Source: Chrysomallon squamiferum
Taxonomy: Eukaryota > Animalia > Mollusca
Assembly: GCA_012295275.1 (NCBI GenBank)
Contig: CM022669.1
Location: forward strand, 4,154,001 to 4,218,000
Length of the DNA stretch: 64,000 nt
Direction of reading: 5' to 3'
Position numbers and translations under genes: made by a program. Positions 15,250-40,875 of the stretch are shown piece after piece (position 1 is the stretch's first letter; each line of letters opens with the position of its first letter). The notes beneath the pieces were generated by a model. That model was not told the DNA's origin. It searched no databases and saw nothing but the letters and a program-made list of their open reading frames with translations.

Positions 15250-18200
15250 CAATCTCTCTCTCTTAATTCTATCTTCAACATTGAGCACCAAAAAGGGATG
15301 CTGGGATGCTAGGAAGCAAGGCTGCTTTGGTCTGGAGGTTTAAAGAAAAAACAACAAAGTTAATGTAATAACTGGTGTCCAAGTGTTCAGTTGTTTTAGC
15401 AGTAACTGTCCCTGCACAGATAGCCTGAGTTAACCGTTTGGGATCAAACTAAAACCACTACAAAACGGAACCATTTTCTTTGGCTAGACTACAACGACAC
15501 CTCATTATATTGGATAAAACAGGGCGAAACAAACCAACCAGTTTTTCATACCTTTTATATATGGCAAGGACATACTTTTCCAAAACTTTTCCATAGCAAA
15601 GGTAACAAAACTTGATTTTCCAAAACTTTTAAGGTCTTGGAAAACACTGTGACAAATTTCTAAAACCTTCCAAAACTTTTCAAAATGCGTACGAACCCTG
15701 GTATGAGTATTATGTAACAAAACCTGGTTAACAAAATAACAACACTGATACATAATATATCTGTTATTGATGGAACATTAAAAGGGCTGAAATACTATTA
15801 AACAAACATTCATTCATTGCAAAATATTAAATAACATTCAGTGTCGGTGAAAAAAACACCAAAACAAATATGCATCTACCACAAACACATGGAGTGTGCA
15901 AGTTAAAAATATATACACGTGCAAACTTATTACAGTGTGTATTACTGTTACTTGCTAAAATATCTTCTTAGTTGTAGATATTAATGATCAAAACATGCTT
16001 TTGCATGTGTCTGTTTTATGATTCACAGGATATCTGCAGTATATAAAACATTAAATTTGAAGATATTTGTATTAGTTTATATATTAATTTCAAATTATTG
16101 ATTGAAAACACTACAAAAATGTACACATTACCTCATGTACTGTTTGCAATGTAATTAATTTACATAAAACCTTCTATACAATTACAATTTCATAAAGCAC
16201 TTACATAAAATTAACCCTTTGATCAGTTAATACATGCCTCCATCACAGTTGCTTCCATGGAAAAACAGTTATTAATGAATTGAAGTATACCAATAAGTGC
16301 CATATGGTTTAATATATTTTTTATGCACATAGCATTAATACACCATATAATTTATTTTACGGTGATGAATCTAAAAAAAACTGTTTCATTATCTGTACTG
16401 TTTAAAATAACAACAGCAGAGAACTTACTGATTTCTGTTATTTTATAAAGTAAATAAATAAATAAATAAATTCCTTGAATTTACTATATTTAAACATAAA
16501 AACAAAAAATAAAAGATCAAGTGTTTGGCACATATTTCCAGACACTTACAATTAAAAAATTGTGTCAAAAACTGAAGAAACAATTATGTGAATATGACAA
16601 CAGCAGCAGTTATATGCAAACTCTTTAAGGTTCTACAGGTGTACATAAAACCATGTACTTCAAACACCTTTAATTGTGTTACAACTACTTGAACTTGCTT
16701 GTCAAAATATATAAAGATGATTTTATTTTGCAAATATGCCTTTGTTACAAATCTCTCCATGGGAAAATCACACAGTTATGAATACTGTTTTTACATGATG
16801 AAAATAATAATTAAAATAATTAAATAATATATTAAAGCATAAATCATGATACTTTCCAGCCATTCAAGAGTGTGAAAATGTGTAGTTGCTCTATAATTTA
16901 CTGGCTATAAGACTAACAGCAGATGCAAGAACTGAAAAGAAATTTATATTAATTATGTACATAAAGATATGATTCTCTCTGAAATAAATCTAATGACAAA
17001 AATTAGTATTTTGCATAATTGCTTTATATTTTAAAGGAATACCAATTTATTAATCAATTACATATCAAAAGTTATAAAAATAATTTTGAATCCCTGTATC
17101 AAAAATAAAAATAAATAATTATGAAGGATATTCGGCACTGGAAACATGCTAGTGAATGACACGAATACAAGTACAATATGCATGTTTATGTGGAAGTGCA
17201 CTGAAGAGCTATATTCTGTGTTAAAATCGTGAAAAGCAACAAATAAATATACAAAGAAGCCTTTAAAAAAGATAAAAGATCAAGATGGCTATAAATATAG
17301 GATTACATCAACATTGATATATTAATTCTAATTTTAATCGCTAATAAATTATTCATTAATATATCCATACATTAAAAGTCAATCATTTATGAAAATTATT
17401 TGAATCAAAATTCCATTTTATCAACGGTATGGATATTTTAAAGTAATAACTGCTCCTTTATAATTATTGTTTTTGTAATCAAACCTTTGAAAATACAGAG
17501 CTATCATGGTAAGATAGAAAGTGTAGTTGAAGCCATCCCAGTACTGAAGACCTGTCCCGTATGTTGTTGAAAGATAAGGTTCCCCATTTTTCACATAAAA
17601 TGTGCAAAAACCTTCAATTAATCCATCTAACTCAAATCCAAGAAAAACTGAAACAAATGCTTTGAAAGCCAAAGGAGTGATTGCTGAAATATAGAGAAAA
17701 TAAGAACTCCTTCTTAAAACATGGAATATAAATTAAGTACATTTTGGTTTTTATTTTTGTTTTGTGTTTGTGTGATTAAAACAATTAAAATATTCTGCAT
17801 ATCATCAATAAGTAATCATGCAGTTTAGGTCTACCATTAGTTATTTTATTCAATATATATTTTATTATATTTTTTATTTTTTAATGAGTCTTTGTTTAAC
17901 AAAATTAAAAAATTATATAAACCATACAAAAACACTTCTGCTTGTCAAACCAAACAATTTTCTTTTTTTAGGACACAGCTATGATAATGCAATAAATGGT
18001 GAACATACAAAAAAGTTCCTTGTAACCGAGGGAAGTTTAGTGAGTGATGCTAATGCGTTTATGGACAATACATGGATATTTATTTTAATATTTATATAAT
18101 TTCATTTTACTGACAAAACTAATCCACAAGCGAAAACAAAAAATGTATTTTTTCAAATTTAAATTGGCACAGCTCGCTGGAATTATTTTGACTACAAAAA

Positions 18201-19411
18201 CTTTTATCTTAAATGATTATGAAAGAAAATACAAAAGATATGGATTTAAATAAAATAACTTGGTTTCTTTGAAAAAAATAATTTAGATAAATATGCTTTG
18301 CTTATTATATATTATAATATGCAAAGCATTCTTATTTAAATTAATTTTGTCCAAGAAACCAAGATTAATTTTACAAGTTTAACAAGCACTAAGTGGATTA
18401 CTGTTGTTTTACATAAATTCTTCATTTCAGCATAACAGAAATATATATATATAGAGAGAGAGAGCATAATTTATTTTACAAGGAGAAGACATAAACTGCA
18501 AGATTACCTAGCCTGATTTTAGTTACCAGAATGTAAGGAATTATTATTTTTTTTTTTTTTTTTTTTTATAACTGCCAAAAATACAGGTGATTCCTTAGTT
18601 GTTTGTTGTTTTTGTTTTTTGTGTGTTTTTTGTTTTTTGAGATGAGTTATTTATTATTTATTTATTTATTTATTTATCAAAGTATGTTTAAGCATAAACT
18701 GAAAGCATAAACAACAAAAACAAAATAAAATTAAAAATAAAATAAATAAATAAACAAAATAACAGTAGCAATAATAAATAAATAAAATGCTGGTATGCTG
18801 AATTTGTGTATTAAAAAAAGTTGTTCATGACCCTAACTCAAGGTTAGCCAAATGAAAAGAGAATCTGATGATGTGTGAAGTTGTAAACACATTTCACTGG
18901 TAATGTCAACACAGAGGTGTTGTTTATGTGTTGACTGTTGCTGCGTTGTTTACATCAAAAGTTTCTAAAACAGCTTCAATTTAATATTTATTAAGATTTA
19001 TTATAATAGTATTAATACATATAAAATATATATACTGAGAAATACAGCGAACATATCATAAAGTAGATTTAATATTTATTATTTATTTCAAATAATGAGT
19101 AGAACTTTTTAAACACGTCATCAGGGTTTCGTTAATAATATTTTAAATACAGCGATAAATAGTCAGCCGAAATAAAAAAAAAAAAAAAATTACACACCAT
19201 AAATTAAAGCATCCACATTATGAAAGAACTGACGGATACACAACACTGGAAGAACCAAAGCAAAAAATAAACAAACAATTCCGGCACAACAAACAAGTCG
19301 TTCGTCTTTCATGGCATCACTTTTGTTCAGCATGTACGCAATCGGTACAGAACTGCTCGATGACATAATCACTATAATCAGTGGACACCATGAATCCTTG
19401 ACAAATCCCAT
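9085..19411 (-). CDS. TM6SF1: Transmembrane 6 superfamily member 1-like (two EXPERA domains); model using exon 1B + canonical exon 2, 382 aa
   Basis: Exons (minus strand) 19411-19198, 14212-14011, 12636-12554, 12071-11956, 11453-11367, 10822-10730, 10152-10033, 9318-9085 join in frame (1149 nt). Family motifs GEPYLRTAYGMLINYWDG, GLFWIGS, FMLNLPY, EPNLADP..YPKMQML, DWSLIHAGASAQGQF, FWTVN. Confidence 0.88.
14011..14212 (-). CDS. TM6SF1: TM6SF1 exon 2, canonical copy (phase 1 to phase 2, 202 nt)
   Basis: tttcag|GTTGTTGC ... TGTCTCAG|gtgctt; encodes GCCLFSWSCVIDLCLALELDNRISGIMSFYFKEGEPYLRTAYGMLINYWDGTVHLLLYLAMLLIFCLR. Confidence 0.9.
14561..15700. mobile_element. Non-autonomous TIR DNA transposon (hAT-like termini) with 6-bp target-site duplication
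   Basis: GTATGA|CAGGGTTC ... GAACCCTG|GTATGA; subterminal repeats of the type ACTTTTCCAAAACTTTCCATAGCA at both ends (14596-14650, 15572-15685); no transposase ORF. Confidence 0.8.
17485..17683 (-). CDS. TM6SF1: TM6SF1 alternative exon 2B (divergent duplicate, 199 nt, phase 1 to 2)
   Basis: tttcag|CAATCACT ... TTCAAAG|gtttga; open frame AITPLAFKAFVSVFLGFELDGLIEGFCTFYVKNGEPYLSTTYGTGLQYWDGFNYTFYLTMIALYFQR, homologous to exon 2. Confidence 0.75.
19198..19411 (-). CDS. TM6SF1: TM6SF1 first coding exon, copy 1B (214 nt)
   Basis: ATG at 19411; MGFVKDSWCPLIIVIMSSSSSVPIAYMLNK...VDALIY; phase-1 donor g|gtgtgt. Confidence 0.8.
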
Positions 19412-20293
19412 TTTTACTAAAATGTAGATAGATAATTTTTTTGTGTCTGCTTCGTTCGTTCGGACTTTGATATAGCCCGCTTTTTTTTATTTTTGTTCTT
19501 TTTATGGATTTCCCACCTTTTACTTCGAACGAACCATCCAAAATAGATACAAGAAAAACCTACAAAAAAACCAACAAAAAAACGACTGACGTTTTTGTAT
19601 CATCCATCGTTGATAACTGGGCGTCAGCAATAATGGCATCACACATTTCATTAACAAAAATTTTATAATTGTATTTCACTTTAGAAAATATCAGTAAAGC
19701 TATATTTAATTTTAAGAATATATACACTACTGTAACAATATTATGACAAGAAGTGTTTTATAATACATGAGCCTGTATCTATGACCAACATATCAAATAT
19801 TACTTCTTCTTTTTGTCAAACTAATTTCATAGGTTAGAAAACTAAATAAATGACTGAAAAATAACAAAGATGTTTTAAAAAAAAGGAAAAAAAAGGAAAT
19901 GAAAATTTTGCATGCAGTGCAGGCCAATCAATTAACTGCCTAGAACTATAACATGCAAATGAACATGCACCTCTGGGTTAATGAAGTTCACAAAATGTGT
20001 AAAAGATATATTTATAAATAACCTAATAATTATAAACACAAGAGAGTAATGTGAAAGAAATTAAAAACTAACTGGGGAATGTCCCTAGTGTTTTAAATAT
20101 TTTTAAATTCTCTTTTTTTTATTATTTTTTTTTACTGTGGTGTGGGTTTATAATAATTATATGATACATCTAATTCTGTCATTTTTATTTTCAGCATGTT
20201 GTAAAAATGATTTCTGGGAATGATTTGTGTCTAATCTTGGTAATCTTGGTAATCTAATGAAGATAAAGATGGGGTAACTGCATAGAACCAAAC

Positions 20294-20495
20294 CTTTGAC
20301 AATATAGAGCTATCACTGCAAGATAGAAAGTGAAGTTGAAGAAGCCATCCCAGTAGAGAAGACCTGTCCCATATGTTGTAGCAAGATAAGGTTCCCCATT
20401 TTTCACATAAAAAGCTAGAACATTTTTAATAAATCCATCTAACTCAAGTCCAAGAAAAATTGAAATACAAGCTGTCCATGCCAAGGGAATGACTG
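20294..20495 (-). CDS. TM6SF1: TM6SF1 alternative exon 2A (divergent duplicate, 202 nt, phase 1 to 2)
   Basis: ttttcag|CAGTCATT ... GTCAAAG|gtttgg; open frame AVIPLAWTACISIFLGLELDGFIKNVLAFYVKNGEPYLATTYGTGLLYWDGFFNFTFYLAVIALYCQR. Confidence 0.75.
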
Positions 20496-20880
20496 CTGAA
20501 AAGTACAGAAATAAGAACATGTAATAAAATTATGTATCTTTTAAGAAAAAAATAAAAATTAACTGTTTAATATTTAATTTATCCCATCCTTTGCAACTTA
20601 TTTCTTTTTTCTTTTATTTAAACAAGTTTAAATCCAACATGCAAAAAACTTATGATTCAAAAAAAGAAAAATGTGGAACATTTTATTTTACTTTTTCTTA
20701 ATTTTTTATATTTTTTTTATTAAAACATATATTTACATTTATTTTAACAATTTAAAATTTAGAATATTTTCTGAAATAATTTAAAACTGTGTCCTTTTTT
20801 TAAAATTTATTTATCAATTTTAAATAAAAAAAGCAATATAATTATGGATATTTTAAAAAACAATTTCATTGTATATTATA

Positions 20881-21802
20881 CATGGGTGGGGCAATTCTGG
20901 CCCCCTTTTCCATTCAACCTCACCTACAACTTCACAGACAAAAGGAAACAACAAAATGGAGTGAATAATGTGTAGTATATGCATTTCTGCTTCAGTAGTC
21001 ACAAACACTGTATCAGTGTATGTATAGTGCTTAAACTTTTGAAATGGAAACTAGGTTAAAAATTGTTTTGAGGGGCCAGATTGGCCCCAATTATTTGGGT
21101 AAATCTGGTCCCAACATTCATCATGTATTTTGGTCCTCAAATTTGTTGTACTGATTACTGCTATGTATTCATTGTTTACTACTAACAATAATTAGTACTA
21201 ATCATAATATAAATCTGATTCAAAACTTCAATAAACGAAACTCCTTGACAAATAATGCAAGAATACAATCATTCAAATCTGCACCAGCAGGGATTTCAAT
21301 GTTCGCACAAGGATCAAGACAATACCAATTTGGACACCCATCACATCCAATTTGAACTCGTTATAATTTATGACATCATCAACTCTGCCACTGAGTTCAC
21401 ATTTTCCTTCTGTATCTACTACATCTGTCTTCTAGTTCAGGCTCATCACCACCAACATTTTCTTTGATGGCATCCACCAGTTCTGCTTTAGCATTCAAAC
21501 TGAACTGCCGTTTTGCCTTTGGTATCTTCTGTTTTTGTGTTTTTTGGCCTCTCAACTTTGCCTTCACTGCCTTTTCTTCCTCCTTCCCCTTCTTCTTTGT
21601 CAACTCTTCTTCATACTTCTTGACACTATCTTCTTCTGTCAGTGCCTAAGCATCCCTCATCCTGTTGACCATGGTCTTTTAGTTGTTTAAAAAAACTTAA
21701 ATAAAACTCAGAATGGACTATATCAATGCCAAAACTATTGATTTCACCACCACATATGACTGCCAGATTTACCCCATCCTTGGGTAGCAGAATTGCCCCA
21801 TG
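20881..21802 (-). mobile_element. Degenerate, internally deleted pogo/Fot1-like (Tc1-mariner superfamily) element remnant
   Basis: Inverted motif GGGGCAATTCTG (20888-20899) / CAGAATTGCCCC (21788-21799) plus related GGCCAGATT(G/T)-CCCC repeats; minus strand encodes a disrupted DA*ALTEEDSVKKYEEELTKKKGKEEEK K/E-rich segment followed by PHD-like IGCDGCPNWYCLDPCANI...YSCIIC, a layout typical of C-termini of invertebrate pogo-like transposases. Ends approximate. Confidence 0.6.
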
Positions 21803-23010
21803 AACTAAAAAACACACTCCTTGCCTAATTACCACATATTAATCATGATTCTTCTGAATTTAATAACTGATTTTATGTTTACCTGTTATAAGTTATCACT
21901 AATCGTATGTATATAGAATTAAAAAAAATAACACTCACTTTTGAAACCTCAAAATGCACTTTTTTTATATAACCTTGTTTTTTTTTTTATCTCACTAAAT
22001 TATTTATGTCACCAGCACACATGCCAGTGTTACTGAAAAATATTTCAGTTGATTAGTTAATATTATTCTAACAGAGAGAGCACATTTAGAGTCATACTGC
22101 TGACAAATAACTGTCACTAATATAAAACTGAGATGTGAAATCCAGTACTAGAATGAGGATCATAATGGAAACTCATTTTGTGTTATGAAAAACTGTGGCA
22201 GTTGTTCTAAGATAGCGCTGCATATCACACTTGTATCGTGAAATGGCAAGCTTCAGATGGCAGGCTCTTGGGAGACAGACAAAAAACAAAAGTACTGAAG
22301 GGTGATTGACATTCCATAGAACACCCAGTGACAATAACCAGTGACAGATGTTTTTTCATCTGGTAGATGAATCTGTAATCATTACATAATGCTTAGAATC
22401 ACACTGTGATACACCAGTCATGCTGGTATTTAGGTTTAAGCCAAGATATATTTAATTCATTAAGCAATCTGTTATTCTTCAAGTGCTTTATGATTTTATG
22501 CATTTGAATTATCTGCTAAAAACAAAATACTTTCAATGAAATCATTAAGAAAATCTGCAATACTAACTTCCAGAAATGGCAAGTTTAAAGCATTAAATAA
22601 TATGGTAGCATTCACCTTAGTCAGTATATTGTGTGTTCTGATTTTAATTATTCACTTAAAATCTAACTTTGTTGATTTAATACTTTTTAATAAACTTTAC
22701 TTCTTTACAGAAATTATACATCATTACATGCATTGTGAAAAAAAAAAAAAAAAATGTTTAAAATAATTATAGATAAATAATTTATATTCTATTCAATTCA
22801 TGTTGAATTCGAAAATATAACTTATAAGTTAAAATTATGGGAAAGATTTCAAGAAGATATGGGATATATATTCTTTTGAAATCTGAATTGGTGAATTTTG
22901 TCAATGCTTTTAGTTTAGCTTTCATTGATTTTTATTACTTGAAAGAAAGAAGTTAGCCTAAAGAATAATGAAAAATAATAATAATAATAATAAATGAATA
23001 AATTACAAAC

Positions 23011-23224
23011 CATATATTATAAGGTCCACATTACGAAAGAAGTATTGGAGACATAACGCTGGAAGAACCAAAGCCAACATTAAACAAACAATTCCAGCAC
23101 AAAAAACAAGACGTTCGTCTTTCATGGCATCGGTTTTGTTCAGCATGTACGCAATCGGTACAGAAGTAAATGAAGACATAATTACTACAAACAGTGGACA
23201 CCACGACGCCTTAAAAAATCCCAT
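23011..23224 (-). CDS. TM6SF1: TM6SF1 first coding exon, copy 1A (214 nt)
   Basis: ATG at 23224; MGFFKASWCPLFVVIMSSFTSVPIAYMLNK...VDLIIY; phase-1 donor g|gtttgt; same length as 1B and 54/71 aa identical by hand count. Confidence 0.78.
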
Positions 23225-23902
23225 CTTGCTAAGATGTAGACAAAAACAAAAACAAAAACAAATACACAATTAAATTAATAATGTCTTCGCGTTTCCTTCC
23301 TTCTTTAATTCAAGAGTTTACTTTGTCCCGCTTTTTTTATGTTTTGTATCTCCTCCTTTTAATTTGAACGAACCATCAAAAAAACTGAAGTGAAAACCAC
23401 ACCAATATAAAATAATTATTTATCTCCATGAATGCCTCAGTTTATACATATAACTAAATTGATAAAAGTTATTTGAACGAAATAGTTTATATATTTCAAA
23501 TAAAAATGAATTGTGAATCAGAAAGATTAATTTAAAAATCCATTTTTCTTTTTGCTGATCTCCATGGTTAAAACGTTGCCAACAGCCTTGATAAAACTAG
23601 TGATTAATTTAAAGTTTTTCTTGTATCTTTATTTTTATTATTTTTTCATGTCGTTGTGGCTTTTGTTCTTGTTGTATTAACAGCATCGTCATCGTCATAG
23701 TGATCATTATCATTATTATATGTGAAAAAGACGTGCAGTCTAATAAATAAATAAATAGTACATTTAAAAAAAAAAAAAAAAAAAAATATGTTTTTCTTCT
23801 TGGTATACTTCATTAAAGTTATGTTCCGCGATTTATAATAAAAACTGGTTCCTAATTTTATTTTTAGAATGTCTATGAAATTAAATTTTGATGATGATGA
23901 TG

Positions 23903-23952
<50 letters not shown>

Positions 23953-24175
23953 GTTTTTTGTGCAATTCATATTTAATCATTCACAGCAAGGGCTACTAAA
24001 TTAAGAGTTCATTTTAAAATATTCCAAAATCTTAAAATAGGAAATAAAAAAAATAAAAATAAATATCTTGAAAATTAAATATGAATAGAAAGAAGACCGA
24101 AATAAAGAAAATAAGAACACGACATAATTATCGTTTATTTTACATTATTCTCTGTGTTTAATAACACAGGTGTAT

Positions 24176-24215
24176 GTTGTCATGGCAACTTCTGATTACA
24201 CCAGTTCAGTAAACA
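24176..24215 (+). promoter_or_regulatory. RFX X-box plus adjacent forkhead site upstream of ankyrin-repeat gene
   Basis: GTTGTCATGGCAAC (24176-24189), one mismatch to the palindromic X-box GTTGCCATGGCAAC; GTAAACA at 24209-24215; about 280 bp upstream of ATG 24472. Confidence 0.6.
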
Positions 24216-24471
24216 TAAATTATTTCAGTTTCACAAACAACTGGGTCTTTGTCGACAACGCCACTGGCACATTTTGATCTAGGACGACTGTAGTTCAATC
24301 GAGGCAGTGTATAACGCAGCGAGGCATGACAGCGGTAGTGGTGTAACTCGGAGTTCCCGTCAGGTGACATATACCGCTGGAATGCGAGAGAATTTGATAA
24401 TTATATGTTTACACGTAACGGGGTCTTATTTTTATTGAGCAGATGAATTCAGACGTCGTCTGGTAACGACG

Positions 24472-40190
<15,719 letters not shown>

Positions 40191-40489
40191 CTTTTGTCAA
40201 ACTCCAGTCACGTATGAAACTTCCGCGTACTTCAATCAACTACTATCATTAATGTGTCTTTGTTTCACCGTTTTGTCTTCAGCAAATCAGTTCTGGCTCG
40301 CTTTTCCAGATGCTTTGCAAAATTGCCACAAAGTAGTTTTCTTTTTAGCTTGGTGAAGTAGTAGGAACATGTTTGTGGTTCAGTATTATCTAGGGTAAAA
40401 TAAACATAGGGTAATTGCTGTAATACAGGGTTGTCGGGTTCTGAGAATAATAGATGCAGTCCATACGTAGTATGTGTGGTTAAACCACA

Positions 40490-40875
40490 TTAGATACCTG
40501 ATGGACATGAATTCATAGACAATCGTAGATTTGGAATAGGTATGCTTCAGTCCAAATCAAATATCAAAGCCATGCAAATCAAATCGATTTGGAATATGTA
40601 TCCTTATATCCAAATTAAAATTTTCTGGCCATAAAATCATGCACAATAGTTGAGCTGGGTAATATATGCTTGTATCCAAATGAAATATGTTATGGACATA
40701 TATTCGGGCACCACAGTTGAATCGGAAAATATATGGATATGTTCAAATTAAATATGCTATGGACGCGAATTTAAAGACAGTATTCGATATACAGTGTGTG
40801 TGCATATTTCAAAATTAAATATGTTAAATAAATAGCATTGGATATGGAATATGTGTGAGATTGTCCAAATTTATG
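40490..40875. repeat. Degenerate ~60-66 bp tandem repeat downstream of the ankyrin gene stop codon
   Basis: Recurring GA(T/G)(T/C)TGGAATAT(G/A)T...TCCAAAT(T/C/G)AAATAT...ATGGAC unit, about 5-6 copies. Confidence 0.65.

Noticed and set aside
17485-23224. TM6SF1 exon duplicates as a haplotype/assembly artefact
   Set aside because: The copies differ at about a quarter or more of residues and the introns are not alignable, too diverged for allelic duplication.
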